Shown here: positions 49,670 through 63,069 of the stretch, one piece after another | How the letters are laid out: each line of letters starts with the position of its first letter | Position numbering within the stretch: position 1 is the first letter of the stretch | Assembly (NCBI GenBank): GCA_028534125.1 | Contig: CM052817.1 | Location: 50,966,001-51,030,000 of the forward strand | Direction of reading: 5' to 3' | DNA from: Lama glama | Taxonomy: Eukaryota | DNA: 64,000 bases | Made by a program: the position numbers and the translations under genes | Notes under the pieces: generated by a model | Told to the model about the DNA's origin: nothing | Seen by the model: the letters and a program-made list of their open reading frames with translations, nothing else | Database searches by the model: none

Positions 49670-50594
49670 TTTTTAAATTATTTCCTAGTCACTGACAATT
49701 GTTTCCTTTGAAAATCAAATATTTTTTAAAAAGGATTATCAAAGTGCATTCTTCCAGAAGATTCATTAAAAATGGTTTGCTTCAATAATACTGTTACAAT
49801 TCAATATTAGTGACTATTTAGCTGAGAGCAATTTAAACCACAAATTTGGGGAAAGAGATAAGCAGGACATAGGTGAACTATAGTCACAGACATCTTCTAT
49901 TTTTAATCAAGTTAATTGGGTAATTTATAGAATTACGATAAGTATCCCACACAGGAAAATTTGAAGACCTGAAGATGTTAACATGCATTTTAGTGTGTGA
50001 GAATCAATATTCCTGAATTATTTCATTTTGATAGGTAACAATCTCTTATAAAGAGCTTAGAAACTTCTAGAAGTTTGTATTTTAAATATATACCATAAAG
50101 TTAACACTTTTAATAAATAAAATACTGCTATCTATAGCATTATGCATTTTGCTATGAAATAAGAAAAAACATCTACAATGACCTGTCTCCAAATGGTGTA
50201 TTTTTTGTGGTCTATGTCTATTTAAATAAAAAGCTTCAAACCTATAACTGTATATTTTTTAACTCTTTAAAAAGTATTGGGCATTAACCTGGATTTTTAG
50301 CTTCTACACTACTTCTTGTTGAATTTCTCAGCATTATCTTCTAAACTGCTGATCGCAGACAACTCTGCCTTCTGATTTTTTTAAGCCTCCGATAGCATTG
50401 CTCTATCCTGATGACTAGGCTCAGTGCTTAGATCATGGCCGCCTCTGTTCTGTTCACTGATTGCCCCCATTGTGGTATCTTCCTGCAATAATTCGTGAAG
50501 ACCAGGGTAATGACTAGTTATAATTCTTCTATAACACAGGTGTTGTCAGCTTATATCCACACACACATTTTGCCCAGAATGAATGCATGAAGAA

Positions 50595-52560
50595 TTTTGG
50601 TTTTAGCTCCAACATGTAGAGGGCACAAAACTCTCCACTCCAATTGCACATCAAGAAAATGCTGTATAAACTGAACGTCTATAACTCTTCTTGGATCCCT
50701 CAGAGAACTGAGGCAGTGGGGGAAAACTGTCACTCTGAAATTTGGAGAGACTAGAAATCTAGAGACATATGTAGTTCCCAAGAATTGTTTACCATGTACA
50801 GAAGACATTGGCAGCCTTTATCTGTTGGGAATACTTAGTATTTATGTTGAATTACTGGAAGCTGAGTGCAGAATAGTATGAGATTGAGAAATTCCCAGAG
50901 AGGTTATGGTCATTGAGGGATCTCCACACTCAATGTGAGGATCTGAGAAATACCCTCTCTTGACCATGGCTTTGTAATAGTGAAGCCCTCACAGATCCTC
51001 TCTAACAAAGCCTTAATCTCTAGAGTCAAGAAATTTGCTAGATGACAATTATGAAACCTTTTCCAACCTGGAGAAAGGAATTTTTCCCTACTTCAGGCTG
51101 TTTCAGTCTTATTGTATCACTTAAAGAAAACCAAGAGTCAACACAGGACAAGAGTGCAAGAAAACAGATTAAGCATATTGTAGCTAGGAAAAGGATTAGG
51201 ATGCAGAAAGGAGGGGAAAAACTATTCTTAAGGAGAGACTGAAATACTTGTAAAGACCACACTTCCAAGTCATAGGCTCACTAAAAGATGAAGATTTAAT
51301 AAGAAGATTGTGGAAAGCTCTTTGTCCCCTACACTGCACCACCACATCAACAATCCTACAGTATTAAAACCATGGATTATAGCTGTAAGAGTTGCAAGAC
51401 ATAGTTTCTGGGAGCAGCAATACAAAGGGAAGCAAGAAAGTCAAGAGAGGAGACACAAACAAGAACACTAGAGGCATCTGAAACTTCTATACCTATAAGA
51501 AACATTAAACACATATCCAGATTATATATCCAGATTCATATCCAGATTAATATAAATCAGCTCATTGGAGAGCTATTTATATTGTTACCTATTTCCCAAT
51601 ACACCCCACTTCAGACTTTCAAGAAAACACTGCAAGGAATGCAAAAAGTCAAGAAAAAAATCCAAAGAGGTAAATCAAACATTAGAACCAGATTCAGATG
51701 TGACACAGATGTTGGATTTATCAGACAAGGGATTTAAAATAATTATGAGTAATATACTAAGGGTTGTACTGGAAAAATACAATACATGTAATATCAAATA
51801 GATAATGTTATCAGAGAGATAGAAATTGTAAGAACAAATCAAGAGGAAAAGCTGAAAATGAAAATTCATGGTAACAGAAATCAAGAAATTATTTGACAGA
51901 TTTGGTAGACTCAACATAGCCAAGGAAATAATTAGTAAACCTCAAGATTAGTTAAAAACTTATAAAACTGAAACTCAAAAGAGAAAAATAAAAGTAAAAA
52001 TGGCAGAAAAGGAGGATAAAAAGGAATTTAAAAAAGCAAAATATATGAAACAGTTACAAAGGTGGTAGAATCTAATCTATATGTTTCAACTTTTATCACA
52101 TCAAATATGAAGTCTAAACAAACTAGTTAAAACACAGAAATTTTAAAATTATGTGAAAAAAGTCCCAGGTCAACAATATCCTGTTTAAAATTAATGAAAT
52201 CAAGCCACAGGTCCAGGAAGCTCAGAAAATATGAACCATATTTAGGACAAATACAAAATACACACACAGACACTCAGGTAAATCATATACAAACTAAAGA
52301 CAAAGTAGAAATCTTGAAGAAGCCAGTGGATTGGTTATTTTACCAATACAAGATCAAGAATATGAATAACAGCAGTGTTCTTATCAAAAATAATATATAC
52401 AATAAGGGAGTTAAGTGAAGTCTTTAAATGTTGAAAGGAAAAATTTTAAAACCGACCAACCTAGAGTTTATATCCAGTGAAATTATCTTTCAAAAATGAA
52501 GAGTAAAGTCTTCCTCAGAAAAACAAAACCTAAGAGAATTCATCACCAGTAGAACCTCCC

Positions 52561-52600
<40 letters not shown>

Positions 52601-54740
52601 GTAAAAAAAAAAAAGTCCTCAGGAAAAAGAAAACTTATCATATAGGTGCATAGGTCATAAATAAGATATAAATAAATAAATTAGTATCAACAAAGGAATA
52701 AATAAAGGTAAATATTTTATTCATAATTGATCTAAATGATCAATGTATGGGGTGATTATAGCATATGGAGATGTGAAATTAATGACAACAATGTCATAAG
52801 AAACAACAGGAAGGAACAGGGAATACTCTATTATAAGATAACTGCACTACATATTAAATACCAGTGTTATTTCAAGATGAATTTAAATTATTTAAAAATG
52901 TATATTATAAACTACAGAGAATCACTGAAGTGTTTATTTTAAGAATTACTAAAGATATTCCAACAGAGGAGAGACAACTAGATCATAGAAAATGCTCCAC
53001 TAAAACCAGAGAATGCAGAAAATAGGAGGAAACAAAAGCAACAACTAAAAAGGGGACAAAAACAGCAGACTTATAACAACCATTTCAAATGTTAAGGGTC
53101 TAAACACAACAGGTAAAAGAAAAATTGACAGACTGGATTAAAAAAAATAAGACTCCATTATAAACTACAAGAAATCCACAGTAACTATAAAGACTCATGT
53201 AGGTTAAAATAAAGGAATAGTGAAGGAGAGCTGGGCTAGTTATATCAATTTCAGACAAAGGAGACTTCATTCATGTTATCAGGGATAAAAAAGGGCATTA
53301 CATATTTTTTTTTAAAAAAGGTCAGTTATCAAAAAAGTCAAAGTACTACTACATGTTTATGTACTTAACAGAGTGAAAAATACATGAGGCAAAACTGATG
53401 TAACTGAGAGGAAGAATAGAAAAATCCAGTTTAGAGTTGGTCTTCAATATTCCCTTAGAGTAACTGATAGATCATGTAGGATAGAATAATAGAGATGATC
53501 TAATGAATACTATGAATCAGCTTGATCTAACTGACATTATAGAATACTCTATCCAACAACAGCAGAATCCACATTTTTTTTAAAAGTTCACACGAGTATT
53601 AGCCAAAATACAACTTACTCAATGCCATAAAACACTTCTTAACAAATGTAAACATACAGAAATAATACAAAATATGTTATTAGACCAGAGCAGAATTCAA
53701 GTATAAATCCATAACAAAAAATAGTTCGGAAATTCCAAATACTTGGAAACTAAACACACTACAAAATAAATCATAGAACAAAGAAGAGAGAAATTAAATA
53801 AAATTAAAGATCATTTGAAATATTTAAATTAAAAATATAACTTATCAAAATGTTTGGGATCCAGTGAAAGCAGTGCTTAGATAAATTTATATTTGAATGT
53901 ACACATTAGAAAAGAAGGTAAAAATCAATAACCTAAACTTCCACCTTAAGAAAGCATATAAAATAGGTAAATTAAACCTACAGCAGCAGACAAAGGGAAA
54001 TATTTAAATTAGGTAAACAGAACTGACAAACTTTTACCCAGCCTTAAGAGACTGAAGACACAAATTATCAATATCAGCCATGAAAAAAGGGAATATAACT
54101 ATTCATCCCCTCAACTTAGGGGGTATTATTAACAACTTTGTACAGCAATTTGATAACTTTCATGAAACAGACCATTTAATTAGAAGACGCAGTCTATCAA
54201 AACTCACTCAAGGAGAAATAGATAACCTGAATAACCCTCTATCTATTAAATAAAAGGAATTAGTAGACGTAAATCTCACAAAGGAGGAAATATAACCAGA
54301 TGGTTTCACTGGTGAATTCTACCAAACATTTTACCAATTCTATATAATTTCTTTCAGAGAATAGAAAAGAGATAATTCCCAAATCACTTTACGAGGCAAG
54401 TATTACTCTGATACCAAAACTGGATAAAGACATTACAAGAAAAGAAAGTATAATTTGCTAAACTGATTAAAAAACTTACGTCTACACATAAACCTGCATG
54501 AGAGTAACAGTTTTATTCATAATTTCCACATACTACAAACAGTCAAAAAGTTCTCCAGGAGGAAAATGCTTTAAAAATGTGGTACATCCATACAGTGGAA
54601 TATTATTCATCAACAAAAAGAAATGAGCTATCAAGCCACAAAAAACACAGGTGAATCTTAAATGCATATTTCAAAGTAAAAGGAGCCAGCCTGAAGAGGC
54701 AACACAATATGTAATTTTATTTTTATAACATTCTGTAAAA
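50595..54740 (+). mobile_element. Old L1 (L1M4/L1MC-like) with 5' UTR, ORF1 and the first third of ORF2, joined by a large deletion to the 3' UTR
   Basis: 5' end is related to 10620-10700(-). ORF 51565 'EPDSDVTQMLDLSDKGFKIIMSNILR' is an ORF1 start. Endonuclease-like region at 53080-53900. GATGGTTTCACTGGTGAATTCTACCAAACATT at about 54300. Abrupt jump at about 54450 to 3'-end motifs (GTGGTACATCCATACAGTGGAATATTATTCA). Confidence 0.85.
52562..52596. repeat. (CA)n microsatellite within L1
   Basis: Directly visible. Confidence 0.97.
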
Positions 54741-55014
54741 TCTAGGGGGGGTCATGTAATTTCTCTTTCTAAACAGAAGATTCAAAATTTTAATTATGTG
54801 ATCCCTTCACCAGGGCCAGAGCTGAGAGACCAGCATTCGATAACTGCCTCAAAGAAAAGCATTCCCTAGACCTATGAGGAGTGACCTGGTTCAAATAGAT
54901 GAACTGAGACTACAGACTGGTCTCCATCAGTATTGATGTAAGAGATAGGGATATATAGAAAGAATCTGAGCCATGAAAATGAGTCTAAAGAGACCTGAGT
55001 GTTAACCAAAAATA

Positions 55015-55300
55015 AACATCATTCATGTACTCCTTCACTGATTCAGTAAATACTTATTATCTACTGTGTTCCAGATTCTCTTCCAGGTACAGTAGTGCAA
55101 ATGAAGGAAGCTTGACATGTTTCAGGGACTAAAAAAGTAAAATATACTTGAACGTTAAGGAGCAAGGTGTAGAGTGGAATGAGAGGGAGCATGAAAGGCA
55201 TTATCAGACTGAAATGAGCCTTATAGACCAAATTAAAATTTCTGGTCATTATCCAAGGTAAAATTCACTGCCCTGAAGTGTTCTAAATAAGTCAGTAGAA
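55015..55300 (-). mobile_element. L2 fragment
   Basis: TTCACTGATTCAGTAAATACTTATTATCTACTGTGTTCCAG is an antisense L2 3' end. Confidence 0.6.
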
Positions 55301-55454
55301 TGACATCATGCCACGTTAGGGTCACTGTGAATCCTACTTGCTTCAGCAACCATTGACGTGTACACTGAGAACACCTTACATCAAATGTTTCCCCTCTTAT
55401 TTTCTTAGTGTAGTACATAGAGAGTAACAATCTTGTACCAAGACAGAATTAAAT

Positions 55455-55996
55455 ACTTTTTTTTTTACTGGATTATTTGTTTATTATAAGATGACACAAC
55501 TCGGTAACAGTCAGGTGGAATAGAACAAGGTATCTGGAAAGAGGTGCAGCGCTTCCATGCCCTTTCTTGGTGTGCCAGCACCGCTGTGTGTTCACCAATG
55601 CAGAAGCAATCCAAACCCTGCCATTTAGGGAAGTTATGGAGGCTTCATGCCTCCATAGGCATGATGATCAAATCAGTGGTCACTGGTGGTTTAACTCCAC
55701 CTCCAGCACCTCTCCCTTCCCCAGGCTGGTTGGGGGTGGAGGCTGTAAGTTCCAACCTACTAACTACACAGCTAGTTCCCCTGGCGACCAGCTCCTCATA
55801 CTTAGGGGCTTTCCAGAAGTCACCTCAACAACATCAACTCAGGTCTTGACTGAAAGGGGCTTGTTATGAATAACAAAAATCACTCCTTTCCCTTTATCTC
55901 ACTTATCACCTAGGAAATTTCAAGTTTTAGGAGCTCTGTGCAAGGAATGGGAATAAGACCAAATATATATTTTTTATTATAAATTACAATATCACA
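55455..55996 (-). mobile_element. MER21-like LTR
   Basis: GCTTCCATGCCCT...GTGTTCACCAA...TTATGGAGGCTTCAT...CCTCTCCCTTCCC...TTTTAGGAGCTCTGTGC...CAATATCACA. Confidence 0.85.
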
Positions 55997-56279
55997 GTAT
56001 CAAAACAAAACTAAGTACTTTTTATTTGGTAGAAATTCATAATTAAGGTAAAGTGACCTTGAAGGTTTGCTTTCCTTTATAGATAAGTACTGATTTATCT
56101 GGAAATGCTGCTAGACGTTTTTCATAACAGTGTTCACTTGGGACTTGTCTTCACAGAAATAACACACACAATACAATCAATGACAGAAAACTTCAAGAAG
56201 GCAAACTGATTCATCCCTAATTGTAATGTTGAAGAGTGGCTCAGAAGGCACGCACTCTTCTAGGAAAAGACATCATGCC

Positions 56280-56640
56280 TTAAATGCTATCTACCCACTC
56301 CCTCCACTTTTCAAAAGTAACTCACTTACCTGAGTTAATCCCACTTGTTATTTCATCCTCCGTAAGACTTCACTTTCCCAGGGATGTTTTCCTCACTCTT
56401 GCCCCTTTCAGGGCTAGGGCTCCTGCAACACAGTTTCATAGTTTTCTATGTTTATCATGGAACTATCAGCAGAATTTTAATTATACATTATTTGTATGAG
56501 TATTTACTTAATATCTTGTTCCTCTATTGGAATGTAGCTTCAGAGCAGCAGAGGAAGTATCTGTTTTGTTCCTGGTAAGTTGCCAGTGCTTAGCAAAGTG
56601 CCCTAAAACATACTTGGCATGTACTGATTATATAAATAAA
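56280..56640 (+). mobile_element. L2 3'-end fragment
   Basis: TTGGAATGTAGCTTCAGAGCAGCAG...TCTGTTTTGTTC...CCAGTGCTTAGCAAAGTGCC. Confidence 0.6.
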
Positions 56641-59234
56641 TATATTTTCAGCATCGAAAGGAAAGGCAAACTCTTCAATGATTTTCACTTTTGTTTGGTT
56701 GATTTGCTTCTTTTCCTGTCTCATGACATTTTTGCTGCAATAGAAATAGTAGTTGTATAAAATTTATTACGGTGATATTTGATTTTTATGTTTATGGTCA
56801 AATCAAATGCAAACTTGTTGAGAGACTGACAAACTCTCAAGAAAATATGCTTGTCAAAATGTTCAATTTGTTTTAAAATGTTGAATCAAACTTTACTTTT
56901 ACCATCATTCTAGATAACATAATTATTTGCCTTTCATAATTCATAAAGACCCTTCCCTGATTGGTATTCACATATATTAATGTGTACTTGTCATCCTCAA
57001 TTATTATTTCACCAAGTCAGAAAACAAATTTATAAAATAATGAAACCACTGTTGAGTCAGTTCTCTTTAATTTTCTCATTTTTCCCTTAAGATGAGCATG
57101 ATGTATGCTCACTAAACAATAAGACAGGTATTACATTTTTCTTTCTTTTATATATCAAAATGTAAATACTTAAATTTTTATGAACATTGGAACACCAAAA
57201 ACTTGAATAAACATTTAAAACAAAAGTGGAATCTACATTATAAGAAGTTCTTGTGATATTGTTTCCCACTATTCTTCCATTTTGGAATATTTTCTTTTTT
57301 CAAAACAAGTTTGAGACACACTGTATCATGCTCTGTCTGCATATTGCACAGCAACGCTTGGCAAGAAAACCAGACTCTCCTCCTGGTACTCTAAGTGTTA
57401 TCCCAGAATTCCTTTCATAGTGCTGACTGCCTTCCACAGTGGTGACTTTTATTGTGTTCTGAGAAGAATACTGTTGTTAATTGGGTTTACTATCAAGTTT
57501 GAGAACACATAAATGAAATAGGTTTACTGGTCATTATTAATACCTAAAATGGTAAATGTTGTAATATCAAACCTATTTATAGGCAATGATTCAATGAATC
57601 TTAAGCCAAAATTTAGCCTTGAGTTTAAACCGAAAGTAAATGGGTTAAAATGAGGGGAGGGATTAATACAACTCTTTTTAACTTCAAAACCACAGGATGG
57701 TAGCATGGAGAAAAGCTGGGTACAAATAAATATTTTTTAAGTTCTAAACCTCCCCCCTCACCAAAATTATGAGTGTATTAACAAAATCAGATCCATCAGA
57801 GTAAAAAATTTTAAAAAAACCTCACACTATAAAAGCTACTATTGCATGAGTCTGTCACGTCAGTAATTCAGAAATTTTCTTGCATATTATGCCTGCTAAT
57901 CTATGAATGGCTGTCCTCGTGAGATGATAGGATAGCAAACAAACTTGAAGAATGCTTTATTTCCAAATTTCATGTGATTATGGAATAAAATTTAAAATAT
58001 ACCGTGAGATAAATTCCAAAGGACTGATCACATGAATTTAAATAAAAATCATCAAGAAAGTAAGATCTGAGAAATCACTAAGAATATGTAATTTAAAAAA
58101 TGTGATCTGTGTTTATTTCTTTGAATTCTCAGGAAAACTGAGTCTGTGTAGTTGGAAGGCTGGGCTGTTATAAAGTATAAAAATAATACAGTTTCTAAAA
58201 TACACTTCTTTTCATTTTGAAAGTATTCACCTGATTATGAGTAATGTATTTGTATTGCCTGAACTGGAAAATATAGAAACATATTAAAAAAAAAACACAC
58301 CTTCAATATCACATATCATCAACCAAAAAATACAATTTTAATGAGTGTTAACAGTGTATCTGTGTGATCAGAACGTTTTTATGACTGAAATCTGAATATT
58401 TTTGCTTAGCATTATATTTAAATATTTTCCAATTTTATGAAATACTTTTTATAAACTTTGTAATACCTGTATAGTATTCTATCTTATATGTAACTAGGAA
58501 AACCTAAGTAGTTAAGGATGCAAAAACGGCCTTATTATTCCACTTAATCACATTGCCCTTGTTCTGACTGTATTAGCAGGAAATCCATTATTTTTCTCTT
58601 GTGACTACCCTTGCCTGGAATCATTTAATAACTATAAGTCCATGGCTTAGTCAATCCAAAATATTCAGTGATGTTTTCAATGTATCAGGCAGAGTGATAA
58701 CTACAGTCAGTCTCAACATTGGTCATTGTCACAAGGAGTTGCCAATGGGCATTGATTGCGTATATGGCAGCAGATGCTCGTCCAGTGTAGGAAGCATTCC
58801 CTGGCTGGCTGACATCCACAGTTAGACACCAGATGACTCCACCCTTCAGCCTAAGGATTACATCTAATTTTCCTTCATGATCTTATATGCAGAACCATTT
58901 TTGAAGGAAGATTGCTGGAGCACTAGCTAGAGGGGCTTCCAGTCTTAACACAGGCCTTACAAAGAAACATTACCTCGTACACATTCAGGTTCTTGTGATG
59001 CATCTGGGGTCATCAAGCCCATCAAGCTCCTTTTTCCCCACATAATGTGACCTTTCCCACACACTGTGTTATTCTTGTCAGAGGAACTTTTTTTCAGTTC
59101 CTAAGATGTCCACAAGGAGGACACTTGGGCACATTTTTTTTCTAACTTGAAATTCTAGAAGTGTCTCTCCTATAAAGAGGTGTCCAGGGTTTTCTACATT
59201 AATTGAGGCACTCCCTCATCTATTGCACTACTCA

Positions 59235-61120
59235 GGAACTATTTAGTGAGTGCCTAGTGTGTGTCCAATACTCTTAAATCCTTTGCAGATACAATAGGAA
59301 GAACAAGAGGAAGTCCACTGCTCTCTTAGAGCTTGTATTCTAGTGGTGGCAGCCACACACAAATAGACTAATAAATAAATTTTAAAAATATCAGGCAGCA
59401 AGAAGTCCTTTGGAGAACATGGCACTTACATTAATAATTCAATACCAAGAAGGAATGAATTATAGAATAATAATGGTTGAAGAGGGATTCTGGCAGAAGA
59501 TTTCAGCAAGTGGTAAAACCTTAAACCTAGAACATATTTTGTGAGTTCCAGGAAGAGAAAGAAACCCAGTGTTGATAAAGCAACTGGGTTTGCCTCTCTA
59601 AAAGGAAGAGAGTTGAAGGAGATGTAGACTGAAAGGGAGCCTGTCCACAGAAGACCAGCCACGTGCCCAGAGAAGGATGAATGGGCTCTGCACCTCTAGT
59701 CTGGGCCTGAGGGAGAGTCCTTTTCTTCACCCCCTACCTTGGATGACTCACACCACCCTTAACATTTTTTTCACTACGGAAAACAAGAGGAAAATCAATC
59801 TAGGCCAAAGAAATAATAAGATCAAGGGTTCCAAGATGGAGAGAGAATATGGCTTGTTGAGGACCAGCAAGGAGCCAGTATGGCTACAGCAGTGTAAGCC
59901 AGGGAGGAGGTCGTAGGATTTGTCATCAAAGTAATGTGGGGACAAAACCTGCAGGGCCTCAGAAGCCATTATAAGCTCTTTGGTTTTATTTATGAGTGAA
60001 AAGGGGAAAATATTGGAGAGTTTTGAAAAAAAGGAATATAAAGTGACTTTTTAATATTCATGCTAAGTGTTGGGTGTAGAATAGCCATTAGGGATCCACG
60101 TAGAGAAACCAAGACTAGTTAGGAGAAAGCTGAACTAATTCAGTCTAGAGAAGAGATGAGTGGCTTGGACCATTGAAGGTGGTGAGAAGTAGAGCTAATA
60201 GGCTCTTCTGATGGACTGACGTATTAAAAAAAAAAGAAAGAGAGAAGTAAAGGATAATGAAAAAAAAAGTTTTGTCAAAAAAAAAATGGAATTGCCATTA
60301 ACTCAAACTGGAAAACCATGAGAGCAGCAGATTTGCAGAGAAAAGTCTTTGTGTTCGGACATGTTGAGTTTCAGACATCTATTGAATACTAATAATGTAT
60401 GTCAAGTAGGAAGATGAATAATCAGGTTTAGGATTCAAAGAACAGGTCTGATCTAGTGATTTAAACATATGAGTCTTCACATCTCCAAGGAAATAGATGT
60501 AGATATAGAATAGTAGTTTCAAAGTCTCAGTCCTGAATATGTCAACTTGAAAAGTTAGAGATAAGACAAGGGGGAAGATAAGGATGCTGGGGTGAGGAAA
60601 ACTAGAAGGATGTACTACCCTGAAAACAAAGGAAGAGGGAGTAGTCAAGTGTGTAAGTGCTAAGGTTAGTCAAGTAAGATGAGGACTAAAAATTGTTCAC
60701 TTGATTTAGCAACATGAAGATCACTGGTGATCTTCCCAAGGGCATTTTTAGGGACAAACATTTGAAAGTCTGGTTTGATGGGACTGGAACATGGTAGGAT
60801 ATGAATGTTATCTCATGTACAGATAACTCTTTTAAATGGTCGTTCTATAGATGGGACAAAAAAAAAGGAGTAGTAGCTGGAGAAAAATATGGTATCAAGA
60901 GAATTTATTTTACTGTTTTAAGATAATGAGATAAACATAAGTAGTATATTTATATGCTATTAAGAATTATCTAATAGAGTAGGAAAATTTGTGATGGTGT
61001 AATAAAGGTGGAGAAAATGGAGATAAATCCCTCATTTGGTAAGTGGAGATGGCTAATAGTTACAAGCAGGAAGTTTGCTTAAATAAGAGCATGAGGATTT
61101 CATCAAGAGAACAGAAGGAG
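59235..61120 (-). mobile_element. L2 (about 1.9 kb, fragmented)
   Basis: Antisense 3' end TGAGTGCCTAGTGTGTGTCC...GAGCTTGTATTCTAGTGG. Interior GAGGACCAGCAAGGAGCCAGT..., TTCGGACATGTTGAGTTTCAGA, GTCAAGTAAGATGAGGACT...GATTTAGCAACATGAAGATCACTGGTGA. Confidence 0.85.
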
Positions 61121-61133
61121 TAAGGCAGAGTTT

Positions 61134-61672
61134 GTAGCTACTGATGCTTTTATGCATCAAAATTTAGTGACTCAAAGCCAGGACAGTAAGTTATTGTGCA
61201 CAATTCTGCAATGGAGGAAAAGATTGGAGGAAATGACACATATCCATGAGAATGGCTGCTCCACAAGGCTTCTGTGAGTGCTGGACTGTCCAAAATGGCT
61301 TTTTGATTCTTGTGTTCAACATCTCTGATCAGACGGCTAATGTAACTGGAGGCTGGTCATGAATCTCTTATTTCCACACAGTTCCATTCATTGCTAGTTG
61401 GCCTTCCTTAAAATATGGTGGTCTCAAAGAAAGTTGAAATTGTGACATAGTGGCTGAATTCCCCCAGAGCACAGAAGCAGAATCTACCAGGCACCAAGAA
61501 CATCACTTATGCCACATTCTACTGGTCAAAGCAGTCACAGGGCCAGCCCAGATTCAAGGGGCTGAAAAACAGATCATAACTCTGGACAGAGAAATGGCAA
61601 AATTACATTGTAACATAATATGTGAAATAGAAAATTTTGTTGTGACCACATATGAAAACATGAACCACCATA
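61134..61672 (-). mobile_element. MaLR solo LTR (old MLT1H/I/J-like)
   Basis: CATCACTTATGCCACATTCTACTGGTCAAAGCAGTCACAGGGCCAGCCCAGATTCAAGGG hallmark. Confidence 0.82.
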
Positions 61673-62506
61673 AAAACTTATAATGCTATATTAAGCATTC
61701 AAAATCATTTAAGTATAGTGACAGTACTTGGTAATTAGATAAAAATACCCAACAAAATCAAAATGGAATTTTCATGTTACTATTTTATGGCATAACATTT
61801 ATTTCGCCATTATACTCAGTACTAAAATTCCCCTTTTTAGGTTGGAGATTTACTTTTATTTAAGAGAAACAGAGAATTGAGTTGTGACACAAATGGTAAA
61901 ATTTTTAAAACAAGTTTAAGCTGTAACTTCTTATGACTCCAAATTTAATATGTGATAAAAATAATCATTCTAGATTATTTTCATTGTAAAGTCGGTGCTC
62001 AAATATTTATTTTTATTTCAAAGCACTTTATAGTGCATTGGCTTCCAGCTACAGAATAAATGATGTTAATTATTGAAAGCCAATGACTTTATAGAAAAAT
62101 AACTTAAATAAAACCTGTCAACGTATTAGTTCTAGAACTAATTTTGGAGAAATCATGAATTATTTGAAATCATGTTCTCTAAATTTTAGCAATGTGATTA
62201 TAGAAGTGGGAAAAGTGAATATATATAAGATAAATATATTCCCTGCAATGTGATATGTATCATGATATGTTACATTGGTTAGAGTGCACTTTAAGAGTAG
62301 TCCAATCATGTAATCTTCTTTGACCTAATATGATTAATTGCATATTCTTGGATAAATCCATCTACATTCAGATTTTAAGGTTTATCAATTTTTAAAAGAG
62401 AAAACAACAGATTTTTAATTTGTGTGGTATTCTGAGATTTCCAGCATGGTTATAAAATTATCTCAGATGTTAAAATTACCTTGGGTATTTGTTTTCATAC
62501 TATGTA

Positions 62507-63069
62507 TGTATTAGACTTACATTTCTGCATAACAAATTACAAAAACATAAGGACTAAAAATAACACCCCTCTATTAGCTCAGAAGACTGTAGGTGAGAAT
62601 TTCAGCATGGTATGGTGGAATTCTCTGCTGTGAGTCTCACAAGGGTGAAATATTAGAGTCAACTGGGCTATGTTCTTAGGTGCAGGTTATGGGGAAAAAA
62701 AATCCACTTCCATGTTTATTTTTGTTGTTGGCAGAATTCAGTTCCTTGTGATTATAAAACTGAGGTCCCCTAGGTCCTTGCTACATGGTACTTCACCATC
62801 TAAACACTAATGGTCAATCAGATCTTTCACGTGTTTCAAATCTCTGACTTCTGCTGCTGCTAGCTGGAGGAAGCTCTCTATTTTTAAAGGCCTTTTGAGA
62901 TTAGGTCAGTCCTCCCCACACAATCTAAAAGGCCAACTGGGCCATATAACACAACTTAATCATGGTAGTGAGATCGATTATACACACTCACTTTCCTGGA
63001 GATTACACAATGGATTGTATACCAGGGATGGAAAATCTTCAAGGACACCTTAATATTCTTCCTACCACA
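62507..63069 (-). mobile_element. MaLR solo LTR (MLT1D/E-like)
   Basis: TGTATTAG...CATAACAAATTAC...TTGTTGGCAGAATTCAGTTCCTTGTG...ACTGAGGTCCCC...CCTACCACA. Confidence 0.85.
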
